A stretch of 64,000 bases of DNA, taken from positions 271,642 to 335,641 of the forward strand of contig NMRA01000423.1 of the NCBI GenBank assembly GCA_002633005.1, in the 5' to 3' direction. This document shows positions 49,155-62,650 of the stretch, piece by piece. The position numbers were made by a program, and so were the translations under genes. Origin of the DNA: Phoronis australis. Its lineage: Eukaryota > Animalia > Phoronida. The notes beneath the pieces are model-generated. The model was not told where the DNA came from. It did not search any database and was given only the letters and a program-made list of their open reading frames with translations. Positions within the stretch are counted from its first letter, which is position 1, and each line of letters starts with the position of its first letter.

Positions 49155-49238
49155 CAAGGCAGATTCAGAATTTTAGTTGGGGGGGNGCCAAATGGAATCT
49201 GGGAGAGTAGGCCATGACCCCCCTCTAAATCCGCCACC
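49155..49238. mobile_element. Short MITE relic of the ..GGCGGAT.. family, possible TSD AAAAT
   Basis: AAAAT|CAAGGCAGATTCAG ... CTAAATCCGCCACC|AAAAT; contains an N junction. Confidence 0.5.
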
Positions 49239-52200
49239 AAAATAGCCAAGTATTGCGAAATTGTGACACTCCAATGAAGCTTACTATAATCTCCTTTGAA
49301 AATACAAGGACTGTCTTCTGATAGAGACGTGCGATGTCTACATAAAAGTGTTAAAGATTTATTCTCTCGTTCTTTTAAGACGTATTAAAACTATCTTCGA
49401 GTTGAACCTTTTCGAACCCGAAGCGAGCTATTTGGGACAAAATATCCATGATACTTTATTTTAAAAAATATTGCCCAAGACTATTTTGAGCATATCTCAC
49501 TAGGATGTATGAATACACAAGTTGTTCAAGAAATGACTCTCTAACTCCGGAGTGTACCTTTCCGTGTGGAATGACTGTTTAACCGCCCCCGAGCCTCGTG
49601 TCTTTCCGCGGCGCCTATAGCTCCTGGGATATTTCGTATATAAGCCCGTGAGCGTGTATTCGGATAACGAAGATCGTCAGGCGTTTAAATGACCCCAAAT
49701 AAACGCCCGGACAGTGACTGATGAGATTTTTCGAACAAACGCCCCGCTATCTGAACACTTAGCACCAGAATTTAGAACGCTTGTCAAGCGTTTATTCGGA
49801 ATAATTTCCCCGGTACAATACAGCCGATGGGGATAGCCGATTCGGTAATGATAATTGTAACGGCTTTTGTTAAATGAACATTATCGGTCTTAAGGGAGAA
49901 AATGCATTTTGTGATTATTTTGGGATTACTTGAGATAAAAAAGTGATTAATAGAAAAGTTGATATGACAGGAAGTGGAATTTCTTTTTAACAAATGAAGC
50001 TTGATTTGTTTGAAAAGCTCTTTGTGTCTACGAATGCAACAGGTTTGCAAACGATGTGTGACATGTAGTTTGATGCATATGATCTATGACATGTAGGTTG
50101 ATGCATACAATGTACGACATGTCGGTTGATGTGATGGAGACCTAAAGTGATGTAGACAGAACGTTTGTGACTGAGAATGGGTGGGGCGTGATTGTTTTAG
50201 TCTACATATTGAAACTAGTTTTTGCTACATGCCATGTTTATTTTTACTATGTAAAAACTGTCTTCACGTTTTCTGAACATATATTTTGTTATTGTGAGTT
50301 TGGTTAAAGAAGGAGATCGCACAGTACAAATATATATCAGTATTGGAAGAGGAACCCACATAAATACATATACAATTAGTTATACTAACATCAATGAAAC
50401 AAAAAACTTCAGTGAAGTGTACAACATTACCAATTGTAAAGAATAGATAGATATATCAATTTTAGGGTTAATGTACGACATTTTGTACACTGTCATGTTG
50501 ATAATGATCAAAAGAGATTACACATTAAACAGATGAGGATTGCCAATACAACCTAAAACATATATTATTCTTGTGATATTTTATTTGTCCCCAATAAGCT
50601 ATTTTAAACATTGAGAACTAAACTCCGTCAGTTTTAGCATCAAATGTTATGAAATCGAAATGTAGCGAAGTTTCAAATAGAGCCTTATTGCCAGTGCAAC
50701 CAATTTTCTTAATCTATGTTGAGTTTGTGAAACACATGAGGGAAATCAGAGTAAGCTTAGTGAATGTCGGGGTATTGTTCAATGTCTTGGAAAATCTCTG
50801 TTTTACGACCTTTGTTTAGCGTGCAGTCAAAAAGATAGTCGGTAAATGACTAAAAGTTTCCACAGTAACATAATAGTGGCAGCTAGTTGTCCTAAAATTG
50901 TGTCTAAACTTGTGACCGTTAGGAACAAGACGCATCTTGATCTGTATCAGCTGACGTCATAACTGACGGGAAGTTCTAACAATGTTTAAAGGTCACTTGG
51001 AAGTGTGAACCACTGAAATGACTCGATGACGATAGTACATGTACACTGTGTGAAGTGTAATTCATATTTATTTGTTATTATTTTCAGGTTACAAAAGCCG
51101 TGGAAGATGGCGACTGTGCGCCTCTTCAGAAATTTATCGAGAATAAATGGAACATAAACCAACCACTGGACAGATATGTAAGTATGCACATATGAACCTT
51201 GAAAATATTCTTTGCAACCGTTGACTTTCAAATTAACTGACTTCATGTTGAATATTTTATGCATCACCAAAACATGTTTACCATTTCATTGTCACTGCAG
51301 ATAAGATTAATCGGTTTCATCCCTTTGGTGTCTATTACAGTAGTTACGTTTAAATTCATCGCTTTGTTATTGGGTTTGACGTAGACGTAATTTGCCTTCA
51401 TAGGACCTTAAGGTGCCATGGAATTAACATAAAAATACATTTCTCAATCTGATCACTGTTTGGAATTTGCGCTTTCAGAGAAAAGAAGTCTTAAGTGTTC
51501 CTCTTGAGTACCAGCAATTACTGAGGGATATATTTTTTGTTAAACTGTCATTATAAATTGTATACAGGGCATGACCTGCGTAAAGGCAGGAAGTTGTTCT
51601 AACACAGATTTTGGATGCCATCCATTGATAAGGAATACAGTTCAGCCATTATATAGAGCTCCTAGAAATACATGCATGTACATTGTACGTTACCTACTTC
51701 TGGTGTTCTAATATTCCACCTAATAATTAGAATAGATAAAGTCAGTTTAGCCTAGCAAAGACTTAAACATTATATGAAGGGGTCACGAATTTCCCGCTAT
51801 AACTTCTTTCTGCAGTATACATGTACATATAGCTCAACTGCATGAAAGTTTAATCTTGTTAAAGTAGGCGTGCACATTTGAAGAGCATCCGTAACGAGAT
51901 CACTTCGGGCTGTCATATAACTCTGTTTATGGTGAACAGAGGTTCCGTGTTGTTGAAGTTTATTTTGTTCGTTGCTCGCGTATTGTTTATGAATGAACAA
52001 TGTTCCATTACGTTGTGGAAACCTTACATGTATTTGTGTTTGAAAAAGGTTTAATTTTTTGTCGTGTTTAACTTGCCTAATTCATTCCTAACAGCTGCAA
52101 ATTCAGGGTGTTTGGACATGTACTGCTGGTCAATTTTTTACACGTTTTCTTGTTTAGCTAATTTTTGTGTTTGAGTACTACCATGTTACCAAAGACAACT

Positions 52201-52639
52201 AGCATGAGAAGTATAATTGATACACGTGACTGTAAACTGTACTCTAAGTTATGTAGCACTCTATGACAGCTAGGCCTACTCTCAAAGTGTCTGTAGGGAG
52301 TCGTCATATTTGAGTTTCGCGTGACTGTCCGATCTCGTCATGAGAAACTGTACGCATTGAGCTGGGAGTGTTTTCAACTAATTGTTGTCTACTTATGCAT
52401 CCATACTTGTAGAAAGTAACGTATTCCTATATTTTTAAAACCATTTACTTAATGTAAAAATGTCAAATGACTCAAGGTTTGACACTCATTTCCACATTTG
52501 GCATGTAGGACCGCATATCTTCTTGAATTTTTACAATGTTAGTTCACGCCCCTTCTTAGTAGGACTCACTCTTTCAATCTCAGTGAGGAAATGCTGTATA
52601 TTTTGTGTATGCATTCTTTGAACTCCAAACGCAGATGGG

Positions 52640-53120
52640 GTGGGGTTTGTTAAAATATTTGCCCCAAATGGACTGCAGTTATAACACATTTCTCAGTTCC
52701 TCTAAATTTTCCTTGCTTTCCGTCTTTCAAATTTGGTTCGTCTTCGTAGCCGAACAGGTCATTGTCACCACAAGTTTTTGCTTTCTCGAAATTTATCTTC
52801 TCGCCGTCAAAGCTCAACTGAAACGCACTGGCTTTGGGAGCGATATCAACAAGGTCATGTATAATTCCAGGAGTAGGCAGTTGCTTAACTTTTGGATCAG
52901 CAAAATATATTTTCGATTCTAATGGGTCTCCGCCATATTTCATTCCAATATGCTTGAACTCTCACATTAATCTCAAAATTTTCCGTAGAAAGTTTGTATC
53001 TGATCCGATTAAAACTTTGCAATGTCGAAGGTAACAATTCTGACACATCTAAACCCAGTAAGAAAGCTAAGAGGGACGTGCCATTTTTAATAAGATGCAC
53101 TGTCAAGATTAAACTGTGGC
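52640..53120 (-). pseudogene. Frameshifted coding relic, probably from a DNA transposon
   Basis: LAFLLGLDV..(fs)YKL..(fs)RLM*EFKHIGMKYGGDPLESKIYFADP..PGII..FQLSFDGEKI..GDNDLFGYEDEPNL; protein-like, family not established. Confidence 0.35.
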
Positions 53121-55519
53121 AACCGACATAGGCGTGGGGCCAGGGACAGTCGAGAAAAAAGACTGAGAAATACGGATAAGAGAGAAAATTCAAGAGAACA
53201 TCTAACAACTAAGCATGACTGCATGGTTTACCTTTTGAGGACCCTGGCCAAGACATTGTCGTTAGTGTCTCCGATTTTGCAGCAGAGGACGTCTAAAAGC
53301 ACTTGAAAACGTGCACGAAATCAATCATTCATAAATTTTGAAAAATCGAGCAAATTTGTAAAGCAAAGCTTTTGCGGAGTGTACTAATTTATTGGATTTT
53401 TAAATTCATTTAGTCACTTTTGGTAATGCAAAACTACATTTTTCCATATTTCTCTCTCTGGAAAGGGATAATGGAGACAACTTAAGCTTGAGAAAAATTG
53501 ATGACCTGACAGATAACATCAATTTCTGCGCATTTCCTGATTTTTGAAAAAATAGATATTTTCATACTGAGGGGCTCCGCCCTTGAAGGACCCCATTGAT
53601 GTCATTCAAATGGCCCCCGTTTTTGTGTTTTATTGACAAATTTTTAAGGGGCCGCTCACGAAGAGGGCCCAATGTTGGAGTCGATTACCTCTATTTTGAT
53701 GTTTTTTTTGTGAAATCGTGCAACCGGCTTTCATGTTCAAAGAGGTCACTCCCTACATCGTTTTCGGAACACACGACAGCGGAATGCACTGTCACATTTT
53801 GTCCAAGCTTAATGATGCTTAACCTATCATCTCAAGGTGTCCTATTTCAGACGGTACCCTCTCTCGTTGGAGCAGTTCGGGAGAAATGTTCCTTTGTCCC
53901 TCTATACAACTAAATCCGACACTGTGAAGTATTCACAAGGAAGTTGAGATTCAAATTATCAAAAAAAAAAAGAAAACATTCGTGCACAGCACAGCCATTC
54001 GACCCAAACAACCAAAAATGTGAAAAATACAGTAAGATTGACGCTATCGAAAGTGTGGATTTTTGAAGAACATGAAGACAACTATTTGTGAATTTCACAA
54101 AAGGACTATTTCCGATGGTCAGTTGTAAAATAATGTTACTGTTTCCCGTAGTATCGTAAGATTTGAAGATGGTTACTATGAGTTGTTTGTAAGGAAGTCC
54201 CACATGTACAGAAAACTGTCTAGGCTACTTGTTGTGGTGACTGTACATGTCGAAAGGGGTACTCAAAAAAATCTCGCAATCATAAACAAAGATTTCGTCG
54301 TTTTTTTGTCAATGGATTTCAAGTTTACCTCGTGAACTGTTATAGGTACCTCTGAAACGAGCACAAATACACCTTAATGCCCCATCTCCCACATTCCCCT
54401 GGTTACCCGTCAAACAAATTCTGATTTACTTGTTTATGTAGCTACAAAAATCGATACATTCATAAATGATTTTTGACAATTAGAAGCTAATCTTGTAAGA
54501 TATGACTATGTTTCAGTGAAATTAATTGCACCCTGAAGTTGGAAAAACTCTATAATCCGATCCCCATATAGTAAAGTAAACTTATAGAAGATTTTTGCAT
54601 ATCTAAAATAACTCTCAAAGACATTGATGAAATTCGGACTAAAAAACCGTAGATAGAAAAACGTTTTAAAAATCCCTATATAAATAAAATTAAACTTATT
54701 GCTTGGAAAGGTTGTGTTTGCAATTTCTAGGTGTGTTTAGTTTCCAGTAGTGTTGAGCAATGAATTTTTGCTCTTCGAAACTGATTTATTTACTTGCCCT
54801 TATTTGTGTTCACGTCATGACTGACGAGCCCACGCTAAAAATAAGATATAACCATGCAGTTAGCCCACGCAGAATCCACGGAAATAAAGTTTTCCCAAAA
54901 CTGGATCACAGTAAAACAAATCTTGATCTTAGAGCGAAGGCAGACGGTCGGTACGAGCTGCCGGTCTCAATTAAATCACAGCTGAGCAGACCAGAAACTA
55001 GCTTTAAATCTTCGGCAATTTCTTATTTTTCACAGTGTTAGATCTCAGCTACAGCTACTATAGTCAGCTGCTTGCTACCGGTCAGTGTACTGGTCCTAGG
55101 CCCATTCTTACTTTCCGTGTTGGTTCACGGTTACTCAACTCTTGATGGTTTCATCTCCGGGATTGTCTAGGGTTTTAACGGGGGGAGGGTTCTACCCGTA
55201 AGAAATTTGCACCCCCCGAGCTGCCAAATGGAATCTGGCCACCCCTGAATCCTCCTCTGTGTCCCCCACCAGGGCGGACGTGGGAGGGGGGGAGTGGCGG
55301 AGGTGGTGGCGAAGGGTGGGGGGTTGTTTGGCGAAGTAAAAATGATTTGTGCCGAACCCAATAATTTTTGGGCCTGTATACTTGTCCGTCTCAACAAACT
55401 TCTGGTGTGGGCTGGGCGTTCATGTACTAAACACTGCGAGCCAGAATCGTGGCTGTAGCCAAGGGTGTGTGTTGGGGGCGAAGCCACTCCCATTGACAAG
55501 TGTCGTTCCAAAGTCACAT

Positions 55520-55990
55520 GATGCTTTCGTTAGGTAGCACTGCGGAATAGCTTAAACAGTGGACTCACTGAATCACAAAATCATGCTATAATTAAGCTTA
55601 TCCCTAAAAATTAAAAATCCCGATTTCGTGAAAACCAAAAAAAATTATAGACTTCTCTTTTTGCTTGATGGATGTTTTTAAAGTGTTGTTGCTGAACCAG
55701 TTCTGATGCTATTTGGCGGAAGGCTTTATCGGAGAATTTTTACATACATTTTATACGACTCCATGCACTATATTATTGAACAAGACATCCTTGGACTAAT
55801 GTTTCTGATCTATGACAGAAACAAATGATTCATCTTTTATTTTGCTAACTTTGCTGAAAATACGTGAAAGCGATTTGAAACATTATTAGAATATTCACAG
55901 CATGTTGTCATGCAGTATAGTATATTTTTAAATTCTTTCCTGTCAACCGCGGTTGTAGATTGTCTCCTGATTTAGTAATATGCGGTGATC
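55520..55990 (+). mobile_element. Decayed L1/Tx1-type RT fragment
   Basis: ESQNHAIIKLIPK, NYRLL, FIGE..YDSMHYI..GLMFLI, KFFPVNRGCR in expected order with frameshifts. Confidence 0.55.
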
Positions 55991-56679
55991 AGAGATATTA
56001 GGCATTAGGACCATCGCCATACAACCCTGTCGAAGAATATGTTATTCTTGGAGCTAGTTTCTGCGAGTTTCGGGGTGCTGTCTTGACGTGATTTTCATTA
56101 GTGTACACATAACTTGCCCCACTTTGGACATCTTACTCCAGATACTGTTCAGGAAAAAATCATTTTGCAACTGAATAAAATTTGAAAATATTCAATGCAA
56201 ATTGTGGCAATATACTGATCTCGAAGGATTGGACAGTTCAGTTAAGTCATCACTCTGATTTGTGGACCCGTCTGCAAATTACTCTGACTTTGTGGTAACC
56301 GTCTTAGTATATAGTGGGCGTGTCTTCCATTTAGTTCTTGAAGGCCTCGTGGTCAGTTCGGGTCTGGCTGTGGGCCAGAACGCATGTGTACTCATCGTTG
56401 CTCTAATAAATATATGCATATAGTAAATGTGATCGTTTTAGTTGGTACATCCGGTCATCACAGACTTGAACCCCAATTTTGATAAATTTGTCTGTGTTTT
56501 GTCAAGCTCCATGCGGATATCAAACAGGTTGTGTCCAATGTACATGAAGACTTGACGAGGGGAAGTAAGAATTTGATTCTTTTCTGGATATATACTTTAC
56601 AAACTACTTGAAAAATATGGTTGAGTTATATTATTATAGCTTTGCAGTACTAACAAAAGAATTCCCTTGCGGTCTAAAA

Positions 56680-58924
56680 TGCTGCTACTTGGTGTATTGA
56701 TTTAAGCTGACAGAGTTGGTTCGCCTTTTTTCGCAGAATCTAAGCAGGAGACAAGCGAAGAAGGTGCTACCAGTTTTGTTCTGGTTCACACGACGAAGTT
56801 GTCATTCAAGACTATGGCATGTGTAGATTGAAGATGACCATTATTACATTTTTATATAAGCTTTATCATGTAATTGGATACTGAAAACTTTAACCCCAAC
56901 TGATCAAATCTTTTGATCACCTACGCTACAAAACGCGGATGACATGAACAGAAGCATTGCTTATTGTTTGCTCTTGTTTTATGATTTGTTGACTATTTCT
57001 CCGAAATTCATTTTTCCAAGGAATTGTATTTTTAGACAGTGCTTAACATGTTGGTCATGGGAAAGGCAAAACTAATAATAACTCGTTTTATATCAGCAAT
57101 TTGGGACGTAGCCAAAATCCCATCAAGTTGTCACGAAATTCAGGTTGCAAGAAATTAATCAAATGCGCCAAATTAAGTTTTAGGCCGTCAAGAAAATGCT
57201 GAGATTATGATTTTGCCTACGGAGTTAAGTAATTCCCAAATTTTAGGTCGCATAATTGAGTTCTTAGTGTTTTGTGCAACTGCATTTTTCTCTACCGCCA
57301 TTGAAATCCCTTGGAGCTTCGAAATAATATTCAATCCGAGCGGCTTCCCATTACCGTGTAATTCGAGTTTGCTCCTTGGGACCGGATACACTGTACGTGC
57401 CATATAATTTTGCAGAATATACATGTATGTTAGCCTAGAAACGACACGTGATCCCAACATGCATGTCGGAGGGGTTACTTATCCTTCGGAGACATCAACC
57501 GAATTCGGGACTTTGCTTTTAAATATTTATAAAAGAAGGGGTTCTTTTGTAAAACGAATTTGTTCTTAAACACAATAAGTGTGTGACCGACTATAGACAT
57601 CGTAGATGACAGTTTCAAACCACGCAATCGCTTACAGAATTCGATGTCTCCGTGGACCCCCACACACTTAATACACTGCGACTCAAAACATTGGTCCGGT
57701 TACCGCATATTAAACGCATCTTACAGTGTTGAAAATGAATTTCAGTGAGGGAAATTAATGGTGGGGCTTGCTACAGCTGTTGGCGGTTTATTGAATTTTG
57801 TCAAAAGTTAATAGTGGCGAGTAGTAGACCAGTGGGCGCTTGTTACAAAATGTTTCAAAGTTAAAAAAAGGCGCAAATTTAGTGTTTCTACCAAATGGTT
57901 GCGTACTAAAACATCAAAAGACTGGAATAGCAAGAAATGATGCAACGCCATATTTTTGTCCAACGCACGCCACCAAGGCGCGAATGTGTCGATTTCGTTA
58001 ACATCCACGTGTTTTCTAGCCACCCTCAAAATTCTTAACTCTTTTTGGCTGACGTTTCAGTCGGAACAATATTTTTTCTCAAGCAAGTTTTAAAAAGCAA
58101 TGACATAGTCGACTGATGATCTGGGGAGTAAAAAACTGGAATGGTGTGTGCGAATAGAAGAATAAAATGATTGCTCAAAACTTTATGTCTGCTTGTTAAA
58201 AAATAAGTTGCAATAGTTATATGTAGCAAATCAAAACTTTTTCCGCTGAAAAGGACGTCGTTTGCCTATTAGTGGACCTTGGGTTGTAATTTACTCGCTT
58301 TATGTCTTTTGCGAAAAAAACAGGACGCATGTTCAAACAGGCCGTTACTTAACCCCCACTGTTTTCAGTGCGAATGGACTACAGGCGGTGCTCCACAAGA
58401 GGTCTGGGGGCTATAACCCTAACTTCCCTCAGTGCTGTGTAGCCCATGATCTGGGATATTACAATTTCACAATCCGGACAATTTTCTCAAAAAAAATTTT
58501 CATGTTTTTCCAAGACAAAGTTTGGTAACTTCATCGTAAACATCACCGTTTTGTGACGTTTTATCACGTGGTCTGGGATATTCTTCGGCGCATCCGAATT
58601 TGAAAAAGTAAACAAAGTACATTTCAACAAAAACCCTTTCAGGATTATTTCATGTTTTCGCGATACATGTATGTTTGCAAATGCTAGGCATTTATCTGGC
58701 TGTTCTCCGTTAGTGTTCTTTTGAACTTAATTCGGCAGCAACAAAATTATGTTCAGACCCTCATTGAGTTTATTCATATTTGCCATGTTTCTGCCGAGAT
58801 GCGTACATGTAAAAATTCCAAGTCGCATATTGCGACATGATACGAGTGGCCAAAATCTCCGCTCGCATGAAAAGTTGGGTCTGAACAGTAGTACATTAGT
58901 AACGTGTCGAGAATGAATTCAATA
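56680..58924 (+). pseudogene. Heavily decayed LRR-repeat (TLR-ectodomain-like) gene relic
   Basis: Fragments LSCNWI, LSFGDINRIRDFAFKYL (57479-57529), NEFVLKHNK, QSLTEFDVSVDP; 3' ~600 bp is homologous to 61735-62380. Confidence 0.4.
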
Positions 58925-59021
58925 CAGTGGCGGGTCTAGGATATCACAAAGGGGGCGACATTTTGTCTCGGCCATTCGCGAGCACGTACCCAGCATAAAC
59001 CGGAATTCTAAAATTTTACTG
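58925..59021. mobile_element. Left end of a CAGTGGCGG..TAGGATATCAC MITE running into a gap
   Basis: cagtggcgggtctaggatatcacaaaggggg. Confidence 0.75.
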
Positions 59022-59855
59022 NNNNNNNNNNNNNNNNNNNNNNNNNNNNNNNNNNNNNNNNNNNNNNNNNNNNNNNNNNNNNNNNNNNNNNNNNNNNNNN
59101 NNNNNNNNNNNNNNNNNNNNNNNNNNNNNNNNNNNNNNNNNNNNNNNNNNNNNNNNNNNNNNNNNNNNNNNNNNNNNNNNNNNNNNNNNNNNNNNNNNNN
59201 NNNNNNNNNNNNNNNNNNNNNNNNNNNNNNNNNNNNNNNNNNNNNNNNNNNNNNNNNNNNNNNNNNNNNNNNNNNNNNNNNNNNNNNNNNNNNNNNNNNN
59301 NNNNNNNNNNNNNNNNNNNNNNNNNNNNNNNNNNNNNNNNNNNNNNNNNNNNNNNNNNNNNNNNNNNNNNNNNNNNNNNNNNNNNNNNNNNNNNNNNNNN
59401 NNNNNNNNNNNNNNNNNNNNNNNNNNNNNNNNNNNNNNNNNNNNNNNNNNNNNNNNNNNNNNNNNNNNNNNNNNNNNNNNNNNNNNNNNNNNNNNNNNNN
59501 NNNNNNNNNNNNNNNNNNNNNNNNNNNNNNNNNNNNNNNNNNNNNNNNNNNNNNNNNNNNNNNNNNNNNNNNNNNNNNNNNNNNNNNNNNNNNNNNNNNN
59601 NNNNNNNNNNNNNNNNNNNNNNNNNNNNNNNNNNNNNNNNNNNNNNNNNNNNNNNNNNNNNNNNNNNNNNNNNNNNNNNNNNNNNNNNNNNNNNNNNNNN
59701 NNNNNNNNNNNNNNNNNNNNNNNNNNNNNNNNNNNNNNNNNNNNNNNNNNNNNNNNNNNNNNNNNNNNNNNNNNNNNNNNNNNNNNNNNNNNNNNNNNNN
59801 NNNNNNNNNNNNNNNNNNNNNNNNNNNNNNNNNNNNNNNNNNNNNNNNNNNNNNN
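59022..59855. other. Assembly gap
   Basis: Run of N. Confidence 1.
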
Positions 59856-61086
59856 CATTTAAACTACAGCAACAAATTAACGCTCTGCATGAATACTGTC
59901 AGGATTGGGGTATGAAAGTCAACCTTACAAAAACAAAAATAATGGTATTTAGAAAGGGCGGACCATTGAGAAAATACGAAAAATGGCATTTTGGAAATGA
60001 CAAAATTGATGTCGTCTCATCATATAAGTACCTGGGTATTTGCCTTACACCTAAATTAGTCTGGACGCAAGCTACGGAAACTTTGTCTCACCAGGCACAG
60101 AAAGCAATTTTTTCAATTAAACGTTTTCAGTCAAAATGTGGATGACTTTCACCGAAAATTGCACTCGAGATTTTTGATAAAATGGTATACCCAATCATTA
60201 GCTATAGAAGTGAGATTTGGGGATTTAAAGAATACTCTAGTATCGAGCGCGTCCAATTGAAATTCTGTAAGCAACTGCTGGGTGATGGAAGCAACTGTCA
60301 AAATCATGCTGTCCTGGGAGAACTGGGAAGGTAGCCAATTTATGTAAAGCTGTTTGTTAAACTGATCAAGTATTGGTTTAAATTGTTAAAAATGCCAGCA
60401 CATCGAAATATAAAATCTGTCTATGACATGCTTGTCACATTGGATGAGGCTGGTAGGAAAAATTGGGCTTCAACTGTTAGGAATTTGCTGCAAAGGTATG
60501 GTTTTGGTTTGGTATGGTACAATCAGGGAGTTGGCTGCGAAGCATCGTTTCTTGTCATTTTTCAGCAGCGAATTAAAGATCTTTTTTTACAAGACTGGAG
60601 CTTTGCTGTGGAGAATAGCTCAAAACTTAATACATATTTCTCAGTTAAAATTGATTTTGAAATGGAATCCTATCTGTTGCGTGATATACCATATATCTTT
60701 TTAGCAGCTATGGCTAAATTACGTTGTTCCAACCACAACTTGATGATAGAGAAAGGTAGACATACTCTCGTGGACCAAAAATACCGTGTGTGTTGTTTCT
60801 GTGTGTCCTTAATTGAAGATGAATACCATTGTATATGTGTTTGTGAAATGTACTGCTCTCTGAGAACTGCATTTATACCTGAGTGGTGCTGGCGTGAACC
60901 AAATAAACATAAATTTGTAAAACTAATGAAAATGTCGGAGCCCATTGATCAGATTAATCTAATGAAATTTGTATTTCACGCCACTGCTCTCAGGGAAAAG
61001 CTGCTCAGCGTTATCCGGTAAATTTTATGTAACATGTGGGCCAAGGCCTTAAATGTTGAAATACATGAATTGAATTTGAATTTGAA
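59856..61086 (+). mobile_element. RTE-X-like LINE 3' part (RT C-terminus plus CCHC-like motif), inactivated
   Basis: YCQDWGMKVNLTKTKIMVF..YKYLG..SEIWG..LGELGR..LRCSNHNLMIEKGRH..CCFC..IEDEYHCICVC; in-frame stops near 60143 and 60332; (TGAATT)n-type tail at 61066-61086. Confidence 0.9.
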
Positions 61087-61354
61087 AAGCTTAGCCTTAG
61101 GCTACAGTTTTCACGTGTACACGCGATAAATTGACACATTTGCCTGTTCTTGAAAATATTTAAAGGGGCATTTCCTTATCACAATGAACCAATTAAAGAG
61201 ACCATGGCCAATCACCATGAAGCTATAATTCTTCTATTTGAGTTGTCTGACATTCATTTGACGTGCAGACGTTCTAAATGGGTTTGAAAGCAACGCTTCG
61301 CCTGGCCAGACCACTGCCACGTCTTTTCAAGACAGAGGAGAAGAGAACCCTATT

Positions 61355-61408
61355 CCTAATCCTAAACCTAACCCTAACCCTCACCTTAACCTTAAACCCT
61401 AACCCTAA
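61355..61408. repeat. Degenerate (CCCTAA)n telomere-like tract
   Basis: cctaatcctaaacctaaccctaaccctcaccttaaccttaaaccctaaccctaa. Confidence 0.85.
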
Positions 61409-61734
61409 GGACGACCACTATAAACATAAAACTCTGCGACTCCAAACTTTGATCTGTGTAGCGCTTTTTAAACGCGTCTTGCAGATTTGAGTATCAATTT
61501 CAGAGAGTTAAAGGAGAGGTGGACACTTGCTATAGCTATTGGCGCCTTATTGAAGATATTCACGAGTTAAAGGTGGCGATTTATAGAGCACTGGGTGCTT
61601 GTTCCAATAAATGTCGCGTCTACTTTGCAATAGTTTGCAGCCCAAAACTGGTCCGCTGAAACCCAGGTCGTGGCTGCCGTTCAGCTATTATTATGCCTAG
61701 GGTTGTCACTCAGTCGTTTGATGTCGTTTGCGAT

Positions 61735-62650
61735 GAAAAGAAAAATGAGACACATGTTCAAACAGGCTGTTGCCTAATATTTCCAAATCATGACCCCTGC
61801 ATTTACCTCAAACAACGGGACCGGGCAGTGTAGCAATACGGTACTGTCCAGGATATTGTAATTGGACAATCTCAACACATTACTTAAAACAATACGCATT
61901 TCCACCACATAATTTGTTCAGTTAATCGTTGCAGAATTACTGGATACATCGCTGTTTTGTGACATGTTATCACTTGTTCTGTTGTGGTTAAGAACTTTTT
62001 TCGGCCCATCGTAAAATTTGAAAAGGATCCAAAAACTAGTCAACAAAACTTGTCAAAGACGTAATCAGCACTATTTCATACTCACGCGCTACATGTGTGT
62101 TTACAACCAATACATTAATGGGAATTTTCTCTGTTAGTGTTCCTTTGAACTTCGTGTGGCAACAAAGTAAATGATAGTAGGATCCATGGGAGTTGCACCA
62201 TATTTGCCATGTATCTGCCGGAAATGTACATGTATATATAAAAACTCACTAATCATATGTTGGAAATTCCAAGCCGCACATTGCAAGTTTATACCGGTGG
62301 ACAAATCCTCATCTTGCATGAGACTTTGAGTCTGTACAGTCGTACTATTGCAACATTCTAACGCGTGGAGAATGTGCTCAATAATAGCTGTTAGTTAACG
62401 GTGACGACGCAACTGTGTTTTAAAAGAGTAACGTTCTTGTCATGGTTGTGTGGCTGACTTTTCAAATTTCATTGTCACTCGTTTGATGAAAGTGAGTCAT
62501 GAAATTAATCACTACGAGTGATTATCACCCTGCTGTAGGTACATGTAACTAGTGAATACTCGGGTCTGGGAATTGCGCTTGTAAAGTAAGAAGCGACATG
62601 GGCCAATTCTTGATCTTTAAACCAGATTCTCTGTTCTAATGGTCACTAAT
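61735..62650 (+). pseudogene. Second decayed LRR/LRRCT relic, paralogous to 58300-58924
   Basis: Collinear similarity blocks with 58300-58924, followed by SCHGCVADFSNFIVTRLMKVSHEINHYE*LSP (62435-62530), an LRR C-terminal cap-like pattern. Confidence 0.4.

Noticed and set aside
59856-61021. Active LINE ORF2 or stop-codon recoding
   Set aside because: Two different in-frame stops (TGA and TAG) are simpler to explain as inactivating mutations.
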